Assembly (NCBI GenBank): GCA_035544615.1
Contig: DATKEA010000044.1
Coordinates: 4,537 to 68,536, forward strand
Reading direction: 5' to 3'
DNA length: 64,000 nt
DNA from: Acidimicrobiia bacterium
GTDB taxonomy: Bacteria > Actinomycetota > Acidimicrobiia > Spongiisociales > ZC4RG35
Below, piece after piece: positions 9,710-19,130 of the stretch. The notes under the pieces were generated by a model, which made no database searches, was not told the DNA's origin, and saw only the letters and a program-made list of their open reading frames with translations. The number at the start of each line of letters is the position of its first letter. Position 1 is the first letter of the stretch. A program made the position numbers and the translations under genes.

Positions 9710-9763
9710 CCCCGCTCAGTCGCATGTCGGAGGCCGTCGCGGGGTCGGGATAGGCTCTACCTC

Positions 9764-10186
9764 GTGCCCAGCGTCTTTACCCGCATCATCGAAGGGGAGA
9801 TCCCCGGTACCTTCGTCTGGAGAGACGAACAGTGTGCCGCCTTCATGTCGATCAACCCACTTCGCCGCGGCCATACCCTCGTCGTGCCACGGATGGAGAT
9901 CGATCACTGGTTCGATTGCCCACCCGACTTGATGGACCACCTGATGGCAGTGTCGCGTGAGATCGGGGCCGCCCAGCAACAGGTCTTCCAGCCGGTACGC
10001 ATCGGTCTCATGGTCGCCGGTCTCGAGGTGCCCCACCTCCACATCCATCTGGTGCCGATCGATGGGGTGCACGACCTCGACTTCGCCAATGCCGCGGTCT
10101 CGGTTGAGCGGGATGATCTCGAGGAAGCCGCATCGGCGATCCGTCAATTCCTTCAGTCCAGGGGTCTTTCCGGAGTAGCCGACTAA
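9764..10186 (+). CDS. HIT (histidine triad) family protein
   Basis: 140 aa. FTRIIEGEIPG at the N-terminus and the histidine triad HLHIHLVP. Confidence 0.85.
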   Translation: MPSVFTRIIEGEIPGTFVWRDEQCAAFMSINPLRRGHTLVVPRMEIDHWFDCPPDLMDHLMAVSREIGAAQQQVFQPVRIGLMVAGLEVPHLHIHLVPIDGVHDLDFANAAVSVERDDLEEAASAIRQFLQSRGLSGVAD

Positions 10187-11015
10187 GTGGAAGTGCTCTT
10201 CGGGGGGATCAGCTCAGCCCTCTATGGGGGTGCCGACTTCCTCGGTGGCGAGGGAGCGCGGCGTGCCCCCGCCGCCTCGATCGTGTTCTGGGCCGGGGTC
10301 ATCAGCTTTCCCCTCATCCTCGTCGTCGCTCTCCTCGTCGGCGGCCAAGCCGGCCCGGCCGACTCTCCTTGGCGCCGCGGCCGGGGCGTCGGGAGGGATA
10401 GGTCTCGTGTTCCTCTTCGCCGGGCTCGGCCGGGGTCAGGCCGCGGCCGTGGCTCCGGTTGCCGCCGCGCTGGCGGCGGTTCTTCCGGTCGCCGTTGCCG
10501 TGATCGACGGGGAACGGCCGACGACATTGTCCTGGGTCGGTGTTGCGGTTGCCGTCCCGGCGATCGTGTTGTGCTCGTGGATGGCGGATCCCGGGGAGAC
10601 ACTTGGGGGCAGTCTTCGGTACGGGGTAGCCGCAGGGCTTGGGTTCGGCGGATTCACCGCGCTGATCCGGTTCACCTCGTCTGAGTCCAACCTGCTGCCC
10701 CTGGTGACATCGCGGGCATCGACGATGCTGATCGTCTCGATCATTGCCGGCGTCGGGATCTGGAGACTCGTCGGTTTCGGCTCGGTGCCACGCTCGATAG
10801 TCGTCGGCAACGCCCTCTTGGACGTGACAGGGAATGTGACGCTGCTCATCGCATTGCGGGCGGGCTCGCTAGCCCTGGCCGCAGTGGCGGCTTCGTTTTA
10901 CCCGGCAGTGACCGTGATCCTGGCTCGGGTCGTCAATGCCGAGCATCTCCGCCGGAGACAATTCGTGGGTCTTGCGTTGACACTCCTAGCTCTGACCGCG
11001 ATCGCACTCGGTTGA
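10187..11015 (+). pseudogene. EamA/DMT-family transporter interrupted by an apparent frameshift near 10340-10370
   Basis: The frame starting at GTG 10187 gives two good TM helices (VLFGGISSALYGGADFLGG..., IVFWAGVISFPLILVVALLVGG) and then turns into Arg/Gly junk. The frame of ORF 10224..11015 is junk for 45 codons, then gives eight TM helices (LLGAAAGASGGIGLVFLFAG...). Together that makes 10 TM helices and ~276 aa. Confidence 0.6.
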
Positions 11016-11450
11016 TCAACCCCTCACCACCAGCCAGGTCCCGGTCACAACAAGTGCGATACCCAGCAGACGGCCAACGTCGAGTGTCCTGCTGTCGCCG
11101 AACCACCCGAAGTGCTCGATGATCGCCCCCAGCACCAGGGTGGCTCCGGTGAACAGGGTGAGACCGGCACCCAGCCCGAGCCGGGCGACACTGATCCCGA
11201 GCGAGGCGACCACGATCAGACCCATGAGACCTGCGGTCAAGGCCCACCAGGGGAGTTCTCGCAACTCGGAGAGACGGCTGCCCTGAAACGCCAACATGAG
11301 GATGGCGATCGCCAGCCCGCCCCCGGCGTAGGTGACGAAGGTCGAAGCCAACGTTCCCACCCTTTGCTCCATCACCCCGAGGAATTGGGACTGGAGCGAC
11401 CCCGCCAGCCCACCGAGTATTGCGATCAGGACGACGACGATGAGATGCAT
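11016..11450 (-). CDS. DMT-superfamily membrane protein (YdcZ/DUF606-like)
   Basis: Start moved to the ATG at 11450 (MHLIVVVLIAILGGLAGSLQSQF...). 144 aa, 5 TM helices. The upstream 47 codons of the ORF are Arg-rich and not protein-like. Confidence 0.65.
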   Translation of the reverse strand: MHLIVVVLIAILGGLAGSLQSQFLGVMEQRVGTLASTFVTYAGGGLAIAILMLAFQGSRLSELRELPWWALTAGLMGLIVVASLGISVARLGLGAGLTLFTGATLVLGAIIEHFGWFGDSRTLDVGRLLGIALVVTGTWLVVRG

Positions 11451-11584
11451 GATCCGAACAGGATGGTCGCCCGTGCCCGGGTTGGCTGGGATCCCTTCGA
11501 GTAACCGGTACCTACGATCTCGGCATCGATAAGCCGATTCCCTCAGCTCGCCCCGACTCAACCGAGGGTCCGCTGCGCCCCGCG

Positions 11585-12742
11585 GTGGCAACCTTGGTCT
11601 TTCTCAAGCTGGTGGTGAACACCGCCCTTCGCTTCGTCTACCCGTTCCTGCCCGCAATCGCCAGAGGGCTCGGGATCGACCTGACCCAGGCCGGAATGCT
11701 GGTTTCGGTGCGCTGGGTGAGTTCCCTCACCACACCGGCGGTGATGAGCTTCTCCGGGGACGTGCACCGAACCAGACGCCTCCTCGTCGCAGGGTTGACC
11801 ATGTTCGGCGCCGGTTCCATCGTCACCGCCTGGACCGGAATCTACATCGGGGCCGTGATCGGTTTCGCCCTGGCGGGCCTGGCCAAGCCCATGATCGACA
11901 TCGGCTCCCAGCTGTACATCTCGGAACGGGTCCCCTACCGGCGCCGGGCCCGCTACCTGGGAGTCCTCGAGGTTTCCTGGGCCGGGGGGCTGCTCGTCGG
12001 TGCTCCCGCCGCCGGCTGGCTCATCGGAAACTGGGGCTGGGAGGCGCCATTCTGGGCGCTGGGATCGCTCGGGCTGGTAGGGATCGGACTGGCGCTGATC
12101 TTTCTCGATCGGCGCGATCAAGCCGCCTCGAGTCGGGGGACCAAGGCCCCGGATAGCCCCGGCGGCCAGGTGATAATGCTCCTCGGTACCATCGCCCTGT
12201 TCGGCTTCGCCCACGAAGGGGTCCTGGTCACACTCGGGGGATGGCTGGAGGGCAGCTTCGCCATGACCCTCCTCGCACTGGGCGGGGTGGGAACCCTGCT
12301 CGGGGTCTCCGAGCTGGCCGGCGAGGGAGCCATGGTCGCTTTCACCGACCGCATCGGGAAACGCAACTCGCTGGCTCTTGGGCTGGGGGTGGGGTGTCTC
12401 TGCCTGTACGCGCTCTCGTTCTCCTCCGAGGTGGCCGCCCCGGCGCTGACCGCTCTCGCCCTTGCCACCGTGGCCTTGGAGTTCGGCTACATCTCGGTGA
12501 TCCCCTTGATGACGGAGCTCCGACCCCGAGGCAGAACCCGGATCCTGGCACTGTCGGTGGTGGCCAACGGGCTGGGGCGAATGGCCGGCGACTTGGTCTC
12601 CCCCCGGCTGTTCACGGCGGGTGGGATGCAACTGGTGACGATGGTGGCCGCGAGCGTCGTTCTGTGCGCCGTGATACTGGTGCTGGTCGGGGTGAGAGAG
12701 GTCAGTGCCGAGGAGCGGTACTTGGCGGGGAGGGAGAGCTAG
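11585..12742 (+). CDS. MFS transporter
   Basis: 385 aa, GTG start, ~12 TM helices. The loop DVHRTRRLLV between TM2 and TM3 resembles the MFS signature. Confidence 0.75.
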   Translation: MATLVFLKLVVNTALRFVYPFLPAIARGLGIDLTQAGMLVSVRWVSSLTTPAVMSFSGDVHRTRRLLVAGLTMFGAGSIVTAWTGIYIGAVIGFALAGLAKPMIDIGSQLYISERVPYRRRARYLGVLEVSWAGGLLVGAPAAGWLIGNWGWEAPFWALGSLGLVGIGLALIFLDRRDQAASSRGTKAPDSPGGQVIMLLGTIALFGFAHEGVLVTLGGWLEGSFAMTLLALGGVGTLLGVSELAGEGAMVAFTDRIGKRNSLALGLGVGCLCLYALSFSSEVAAPALTALALATVALEFGYISVIPLMTELRPRGRTRILALSVVANGLGRMAGDLVSPRLFTAGGMQLVTMVAASVVLCAVILVLVGVREVSAEERYLAGRES

Positions 12743-13880
12743 TAGTGGCCCTCCGCTCGTAGTCGACGATCGTCGACCGGAGGTAGGCGGTGGCCCGATC
12801 GAATCCGTGTCGGGCGTGACTCGTGGTGTATGCCAGGACCCGGGTGAGCCAGAGACGGAAGGCGAGCGATTCCCAGGCCGGGTCGCCGAGGGCGAATCCG
12901 TCGAGGAGGAACCCGTGCACCTGGTGCCAGCGGTCGGCGTCCATGAAGGACAAGGACCGATCCGGCCCGGAACGGAGCAACTGCTCGGCCGTATCTTCAG
13001 GGAGGAGGCGGGCCAGGGCTTTCTCCCGCTCGGACCAGGGTGCGTCGAGCAGCCGGATCGTGCCCTCGATGTCATAGGCGACGACCTGTTTCAGATCCTC
13101 GGGGACGGGGGCGGCCGGATCGCTCCCGTGCCGGGCGTCGGGGGTCGGCGCGGGGAGGCCGGACAGGGACGTCGCAGCGTCGAGACACTCGACCAACATG
13201 ACCCTGAGCTCTTCGAGCGACCCGTACAGGGCATGGCGCTTCCCGTCGGCGACGTGGTGCTCGTAGAGACCGAGGCCCATCACCGAGGTGGCGTAGGTCA
13301 TGACGGTGTCGATCCCCCAGTCGGATCGGTTCCGGACCAGCTCCGAGGCGGCCAGCAACTCGACCGCCTCCCGGCCGAGCAGCACCTCACCCCCCAGCGG
13401 CTGGTCGAGCCGGGGCAAGAATGTCCCCGGAAAGAGCCGGGCCAGGGCCGGTCTCGTGATCATCCAGGTGATCATGGCGTCGGTGGAAGCACGGGGGAAC
13501 CGGTGCCTGACCACCCCATACCCACGGTCTGCGGCCGTTTCGGCGCCCTCGATCCAGGAAGAGTCGAAGTTGGTGATGTCGGCGTCGTAGAAATGGACCC
13601 GGTGGCGGCCCTGGTCGGCGGCGAGCGCGATAGCGGTGTTGAGAGCATCCCCCTTACCGGGTCGGAGGGTGCCGATCCTCTCCTGGATGATCACCTCCAC
13701 CCGCTTCCCCGATGCCACCGCCAACTCCCGACCCGACCTTCGCAACGCTTGGGGCCCATCTCCTTCTTCGGTGGCCACGGCCCACACCTCGTCTATCGCC
13801 GGATGGGCGGCCGCCGTTGCCAGGTTGGACGCGACCAGCGAAGGAGCCTCCGACTTGAAGGGGAACACGGCGAGGCTCAC
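12702..13880 (-). CDS. mgs: mannosylglycerate synthase-like glycosyltransferase (GT78-type, single-step GDP-mannose:D-glycerate mannosyltransferase)
   Basis: GTG start at 13880 gives VSLAVFPFKSE.... From memory of Rhodothermus marinus mannosylglycerate synthase I recognise FPFK at the N-terminus, QERIGTLRPGKGDALNTA, HFYDADITNF (DxD), VRHRFPRASTDAMITWMITR, QPLGGE, RSDWGIDT and LYGSLEELRVMLVEC. The first 78 codons of the 470-aa ORF are antisense to herA and were rejected. Confidence 0.65.
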   Translation of the reverse strand: MSLAVFPFKSEAPSLVASNLATAAAHPAIDEVWAVATEEGDGPQALRRSGRELAVASGKRVEVIIQERIGTLRPGKGDALNTAIALAADQGRHRVHFYDADITNFDSSWIEGAETAADRGYGVVRHRFPRASTDAMITWMITRPALARLFPGTFLPRLDQPLGGEVLLGREAVELLAASELVRNRSDWGIDTVMTYATSVMGLGLYEHHVADGKRHALYGSLEELRVMLVECLDAATSLSGLPAPTPDARHGSDPAAPVPEDLKQVVAYDIEGTIRLLDAPWSEREKALARLLPEDTAEQLLRSGPDRSLSFMDADRWHQVHGFLLDGFALGDPAWESLAFRLWLTRVLAYTTSHARHGFDRATAYLRSTIVDYERRATTSSPSPPSTAPRH

Positions 13881-13934
13881 CAGGCGAGGATAGGTACCCC
13901 CAACCTGTCCCAACCGCGGTCTACGCTCGCCATC

Positions 13935-15608
13935 ATGGAGGAGATGGTCGGTCGTGTCCTGGGAACCGTCGATGCCACCCCACTCGAGTTCTGGGTCGGA
14001 GTGGCGGATGGTGAGTACCTGGAGCTCGACGACGTGGTCGCCCTCGAACGTGTCCTGCCCACGGGGGAGCTGGTGAAGATATTCGGGACGGTGAGCCAGG
14101 TCAGGGCCCGTCATGAAGGTGCTCGCTTCGACTCAGATGTCTTTCTGATCGAAGACGGAGTGCTCCCGGCCGAAGTGGTCGAAGCGGCGCAAGTGACGGC
14201 TACCCGCGTAGAGCCCGAGATCTTTGTCCCGCCCCGTCCCGGGCAGCCGGTGAGACGGGCACGTGGTGAGGAGCGGGACCAGGCACTGTTCTTCGATCGC
14301 ATGGAGCGGCGGTTCCCGGTTGGTGCCTCCCGGAATGGTGAGCCGCTCTTCGCCAACTTCGAGTTCCTGAATGGGCAGCGTGGCGCACACGTCAACATCT
14401 CCGGGGTCTCCGGGGTGGCCACCAAGACCAGTTACGCCACCTTCTTGCTCCACTCGGTGTTCACTTCACAGGTGTTGGGCCCGGCCGCGGTCAACACCAA
14501 GGCCTTGATCTTCAACGTCAAGGGCGAGGACTTGCTTCATATCGACCGGCCTAACACCAGCCTCGATGACGACGCCAGGCGCCGCTACCGCACCCTCGGG
14601 CTTCCGGCCGACCCGTTCGGCTCGGTCGGGTTGTTCGCTCCGCCTCGACCCGGCTCGGATCGGGCGGTGGCCGACGTCAGCTCCCGATCCGACATCACTT
14701 CCTTCTTCTGGACTCTGGCCGAGTTCTGCCATGACGACTTGATGGTGTTCCTGTTCGCCGATGCCGAGGACGAGCGGTCCCAGTACACCATGGTGGTGTA
14801 CAACGTGATGGCCCAACTCGAACGTGCCGAGGCCACGGACGGGGGAGCAGTCAGGATCGAGGGTGAGACCGTGCGCACGTTTCGTGATCTGGCAGACCTG
14901 ATCTCGCGCAAGGTGCAGGATGACGACTCGAGATACGACTGGGCGGGGCCCCACATCGGCCAGGGCACCGTCAACGCCTTCGTCAGACGCCTCCAGGGCG
15001 CAGTCCGGCATGTCGAGCGGCTGATCCGGGGTGACATCGCCAACCCGGCGCGACATCGGATCGAAGTGCAGGGTCATCAGGTGACCGTGGTCGACCTTCA
15101 CAATCTCAACGATCGGGCCAAACGGTTCGTGGTCGGGGTGACGGTGAGGAAGGCTTTCGAGGACAAGGAGCGGGCCGGGCAGTCCGAGGAGCTGTTGTTC
15201 CTGGTTCTCGACGAGTTGAACAAGTACGCCCCACGTGAGGGATTCAGCCCGATCAAGGAAGTTCTCCTCGATGTTGCCGAGCGGGGACGCTCCTTGGGCG
15301 TGATACTGATCGGGGCTCAGCAGACGGCATCAGAGGTGGAGCGACGCATAATCGCCAACTCGTCGATTCGAGTGGTGGGTCGCCTCGACTCCGCGGAGGC
15401 GTCACGTGAGGAGTACGGATTCCTTCCCTCGGCCCAGCGGCAACGAGCGACGATCCTGAAACCGGGGACGATGCTGCTTGCCCAACCCGAGTTGCCGGTC
15501 CCGCTGGTCCTCGAGTTCCCGTTCCCGGCATGGGCCACGAGAGCCTCCGAGGCCGGGGCGCTCCCGGGCTCGGGCGGGGGGCCCGCCGACCCTTTCCAGG
15601 ATTTGTAG
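13935..15608 (+). CDS. herA: HerA-type (FtsK/HerA superfamily) hexameric ATPase/helicase
   Basis: Protein-like sequence begins at ATG 13935 (MEEMVGRVLGTVDATPLEFWV...). N-terminal barrel-like domain. P-loop NISGVSGVATKTSY (14403-14429), Walker B LLFLVLDELNKYAP, and GVILIGAQQ...RVVGRL. The first 410 codons of the 967-aa track ORF are antisense to mgs. Confidence 0.75.
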   Translation: MEEMVGRVLGTVDATPLEFWVGVADGEYLELDDVVALERVLPTGELVKIFGTVSQVRARHEGARFDSDVFLIEDGVLPAEVVEAAQVTATRVEPEIFVPPRPGQPVRRARGEERDQALFFDRMERRFPVGASRNGEPLFANFEFLNGQRGAHVNISGVSGVATKTSYATFLLHSVFTSQVLGPAAVNTKALIFNVKGEDLLHIDRPNTSLDDDARRRYRTLGLPADPFGSVGLFAPPRPGSDRAVADVSSRSDITSFFWTLAEFCHDDLMVFLFADAEDERSQYTMVVYNVMAQLERAEATDGGAVRIEGETVRTFRDLADLISRKVQDDDSRYDWAGPHIGQGTVNAFVRRLQGAVRHVERLIRGDIANPARHRIEVQGHQVTVVDLHNLNDRAKRFVVGVTVRKAFEDKERAGQSEELLFLVLDELNKYAPREGFSPIKEVLLDVAERGRSLGVILIGAQQTASEVERRIIANSSIRVVGRLDSAEASREEYGFLPSAQRQRATILKPGTMLLAQPELPVPLVLEFPFPAWATRASEAGALPGSGGGPADPFQDL

Positions 15609-15669
15609 CTCCCCGGTTCTGTCCCAGTCCAACTCTACGATCGGGGCCGATGACGACGCCGTCGCCTCG

Positions 15670-16800
15670 ATGAGGCTTCTCCACACTTCCGACTGGCACG
15701 TCGGGCGGAAGATCCGTGGTCGATCCCGGGTGGACGAGCATCGAGCCGTCCTCGACGAGATCGTCGATGTCGCAAGGGATCGCCGGGTCGATGCCACCCT
15801 GGTAGCCGGCGATCTGTTCGACGTGTCCTCACCGTCTCCTGAGGACGAGGCCATCGTGTATCGGGCGCTGCTGGACCTGGCCGAGATCGGCCCGGTCCTG
15901 GTGGTCGCCGGGAACCATGACAGCCCGGCTCGTCTCGAGGCAGTCAAGCCACTGCTCGACCTGGGTCGGATCACCGTGGCGGCCCGTCCCTCCCCACCCG
16001 CCGAAGGTGGGGTCGCCGTTGTCGAGTCGCTCGGCCTCAAGGTCGGCATGCTGCCGTTCGTCACTCAGCGCGGGATCGTCAAGGCCGAGCAGATCATGAA
16101 CCTCGACCCCGATCAACACGCCCAGAGTTACGAGGCCCGATTGCGGAGAGTCATCGAGTCTCTTGTCGAGGACATGGGGCTCGACACGGTCAACGTCGTG
16201 ACCGGGCATCTCACGGTCTATGGCGCGGCCAGCGGTGGGGGAGAGCGCGAGTCCCACATTTTCGGCTATGCGATTCCACCTCAGGCGTTCCCGGGAAGCT
16301 TGTCCTATGTCGCCCTGGGTCATCTTCACCGACAGCAACGAATCCCTGCCTCCGCCCCGGTCTGGTACAGCGGGTCGCCGCTTCAGCTCGACTTCGGGGA
16401 AACCGGTGATCACAAAGGGGTCCTGATCGTGGACGTCGAAGCAGGCAACCCCGCCTCTGTCGAGCCGGTCGCCCTCTCCTCGGGAATAAGGCTGGTCCAG
16501 GTCGGTGGCACTCTGGAACAGGTGCTCTCCATGTCGGCGGAGCTCGAAGACGCATACGTCAAGGTCATGCTCGACGAGCCAGGACGGGCCGGGCTCAACG
16601 ACGAAGTGCGGGCCGCGATACCCGGTGCGGTCGAGGTCAATATCACCCGCACCGAAAACGGTGAGCCTCGAGAGCGGGTGGCACGGGCGGGCCGCACACC
16701 GATCGAGCTGTTCGAGTCCTATCTCGAGTCGAGACAGGTCGACGATCTCGCTGTGGTCCAGCTGTTCCGTGAGCTGGAACAGGAAGTGATGTCGTCATGA
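15670..16800 (+). CDS. sbcD: Mre11/SbcD-family nuclease
   Basis: Start at ATG 15670 (MRLLHTSDWHVG). Calcineurin-like phosphoesterase motifs DWHVG, GDLFD, GNHD and GHL. 376 aa. Confidence 0.85.
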   Translation: MRLLHTSDWHVGRKIRGRSRVDEHRAVLDEIVDVARDRRVDATLVAGDLFDVSSPSPEDEAIVYRALLDLAEIGPVLVVAGNHDSPARLEAVKPLLDLGRITVAARPSPPAEGGVAVVESLGLKVGMLPFVTQRGIVKAEQIMNLDPDQHAQSYEARLRRVIESLVEDMGLDTVNVVTGHLTVYGAASGGGERESHIFGYAIPPQAFPGSLSYVALGHLHRQQRIPASAPVWYSGSPLQLDFGETGDHKGVLIVDVEAGNPASVEPVALSSGIRLVQVGGTLEQVLSMSAELEDAYVKVMLDEPGRAGLNDEVRAAIPGAVEVNITRTENGEPRERVARAGRTPIELFESYLESRQVDDLAVVQLFRELEQEVMSS

Positions 16801-19130
16801 GACCACGGCGACTGATCATGGAGGGCTTTCTCGCCTACCGCCAACGAACGGAAGTCGACTTCACCGACGCAGACCTCTTCGTGCTCTCCGGCCCCACCGG
16901 TTCGGGCAAGTCGAGTGTCATCGACGGGATGACGTTTGCTCTCTACGGGACGATCCCACGTCTGGACGACCGTCGCTCCGTCGCCCCGGTGATCTCGGCG
17001 ATGTCCGATCGGGCGCGGGTCTCTTTCGAGTTCACGGTGGGCGATGAGACCTACACCGCTGTCCGTCTTGTCACGCGAACTCGAACCGGCGCCACGACCA
17101 GCGAAGCGCGGCTTGAGCGGGGCAGTCAACACGAGGTGCTTGCCGGCAACGCCGATGACGTCACCAGCGAGGTGGGCCGGCTCCTTGGTCTCAGCTACGA
17201 GCACTTCACCAAAGCGGTGGTCCTACCCCAAGGTGACTTTGCCCAGTTCCTCACCGACCGTCCCGCCGATCGTCAGGCTCTGCTCCGTGCCCTGCTCGAG
17301 ATCGGCCTCTTCGAGCAGGTGATGCAGTTGGCCAACTCCAGGGCCCGTATCGCCGAGACCCGGGCCCAGGCTCTGGGGGAGAGTCTGGCCAAGCTCGAGG
17401 TCCCTACACCAGAGCAGCTCGACGAAGCGCGAAACCGGCTGAGCCGGCTCGTGGAGGCCGTCGCCGAGTTGCCTGCCCGGGGCGGAAGACTGAGCCAACT
17501 CGAGGTGAGTCATCGCGAGGTCAAGGCGGCCCAGACGGCAATCGAGGAGAGCTTGGGCCGGTTGGCCGGCGTCTCGCCACCGCCTGACCTCGACACCCTC
17601 GATCGAGATCGGGTCGAGGCTGGTGACCATCTCGACAAGGCGGGGGACAGTTTGGCCCGCATCGTCGATGCCCTGACCGAGGTGGATAAGGCTCTGGCCG
17701 AGCATCCCGGGCTACAAGAACTCGAAGCGTGGCAAGCCGACCGGGAGCGACTCCGTGAGCTGACGGAGAATCGCGCCGCGCTCGACTTCGACGGTCTCAG
17801 CTCGGCCTTAGAGGAGGCAGCTTTGGCCCGCGACGAGGCCAGGGCACATCTAGACCGGCTTCGGGTCGAGCACGCCGCACAAGATCTTCGTCGAGCGCTG
17901 GTGGCTGGTGACCCGTGCCCCGTCTGTCATTCGGTGATCACCGAGATCCCGGGAGAAAGCGAGTTGGCACATGGGTCTATCGACCGAGCCATGGCTGACG
18001 TCGCGGGCCTCGACTCACGTGCCGGCGAGGCGCGTGATCGTCTCAAGGAGGCGGAAGGGCAGTCGAAGCAGATCGGGCAACGACTGGCCGAGATCGAAGA
18101 TCGGCTCGGCAGCGCACCATCGCCCGACCAAACCGAGGCCGGCATCGTCGCGGTCCGGCAGTTGCTGGCCAGACGCGGCGAAGCCGAACAGGAGGCGGTT
18201 GCCGCTCGTGCCGATCTCGAAGCCGCTCAATCGGCGGTCAACCGGTTGAGCGAGAGGACAGCCGGCTTGCGCGAGACGCTGCTGGCGGCTCGTGATCGGG
18301 TGGCGGCGGAGGAGCCACCGTTGCCCGGCGATGACGTTGTCGCCGGCTGGCGCGATTTCGAGCTCTGGCGTGTCGCGCAGATGCAGCGGCGGAAGGAACA
18401 TCTGGTCACTGCGCGCGAGGCGGTCGAAGCCGCCGCCGAAGAGCTGTCGAGGTCATCTGCCGAGCTCGAGGTGTGGCTCCGAGGCCTCGGGGTCGAGGCT
18501 ACCGGGTCGCCCGAGACCGACCTGGCGCTGGCCAAGGAACGTCAGGACTCCGAGATAAGGGAGTTGGAGAGGACGGTGACCGAAGCGACGGAGCTGGCCA
18601 AAGAGCTGGAGGTGGAGACCACACGTGCTCGTGTTGCCGCATCGCTAGGCACCCATCTCCGCTCCAACAACTTCGAGGCCTGGCTGTTAGAGGAAGCCAT
18701 GGACACTCTGATCGATGGCGCCAACCGCCTCCTCGACGAGTTGTCCGGTGGTGCTTATTCACTGCTGGCCCGCGACGCTCAGTTCGTGGTGGTCGACCAT
18801 CGCAACGCGGGGCTGATTCGGACGACGAGAGGCCTGTCCGGCGGGGAGACGTTCCTGGTGGCCCTCTCCCTCGCCCTCTCCATGGCGGAACAGCTCGCCG
18901 AGCTGACCGGTATGTCCTCTCGTTTGGAGTCTGTGCTCCTGGACGAAGGTTTCGGGTCGCTTGACCAGGAGTCCCTGGATGTGGTCGCCTCGGTACTCGA
19001 CGATCTCGTGGGCAAGGGGAGGACCGTCGGCATCGTCACCCACGTCCGTGAGTTGGCGGACCGCATGCCCGTTCGCTTCGAAGTCACCAAAGGCCCCGAG
19101 ACGGCGTCGATCGAGAAGGTGATGACGTGA
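16797..19130 (+). CDS. sbcC: Rad50/SbcC-family SMC-like ATPase
   Basis: 777 aa. Walker A GPTGSGKSS, long Ala/Glu/Leu/Arg coiled coil with a central CPVC zinc hook (17916-17927), signature LSGGETF, Walker B VLLDEGFGSLD. ATGA overlap with sbcD. Confidence 0.85.
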   Translation: MRPRRLIMEGFLAYRQRTEVDFTDADLFVLSGPTGSGKSSVIDGMTFALYGTIPRLDDRRSVAPVISAMSDRARVSFEFTVGDETYTAVRLVTRTRTGATTSEARLERGSQHEVLAGNADDVTSEVGRLLGLSYEHFTKAVVLPQGDFAQFLTDRPADRQALLRALLEIGLFEQVMQLANSRARIAETRAQALGESLAKLEVPTPEQLDEARNRLSRLVEAVAELPARGGRLSQLEVSHREVKAAQTAIEESLGRLAGVSPPPDLDTLDRDRVEAGDHLDKAGDSLARIVDALTEVDKALAEHPGLQELEAWQADRERLRELTENRAALDFDGLSSALEEAALARDEARAHLDRLRVEHAAQDLRRALVAGDPCPVCHSVITEIPGESELAHGSIDRAMADVAGLDSRAGEARDRLKEAEGQSKQIGQRLAEIEDRLGSAPSPDQTEAGIVAVRQLLARRGEAEQEAVAARADLEAAQSAVNRLSERTAGLRETLLAARDRVAAEEPPLPGDDVVAGWRDFELWRVAQMQRRKEHLVTAREAVEAAAEELSRSSAELEVWLRGLGVEATGSPETDLALAKERQDSEIRELERTVTEATELAKELEVETTRARVAASLGTHLRSNNFEAWLLEEAMDTLIDGANRLLDELSGGAYSLLARDAQFVVVDHRNAGLIRTTRGLSGGETFLVALSLALSMAEQLAELTGMSSRLESVLLDEGFGSLDQESLDVVASVLDDLVGKGRTVGIVTHVRELADRMPVRFEVTKGPETASIEKVMT

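Noticed and set aside
12702-12742. The convergent 3'-end overlaps (12702-12742, 34947-34954, 53483-53493, 55293-55325) as possible antisense regulatory arrangements.
   Set aside because: Short convergent overlaps are common in compact high-GC genomes. Some may disappear with small changes in my stop/start interpretation. I found no specific evidence of function.
12705-13934. The first 410 codons of the 967-aa plus-strand ORF, which would make a giant HerA fusion.
   Set aside because: The translation is Gly/Arg/Pro-rich with no motifs, and it is exactly antisense to the well-supported mgs-like gene. Protein-like HerA sequence begins only at ATG 13935. This is a typical high-GC shadow ORF.
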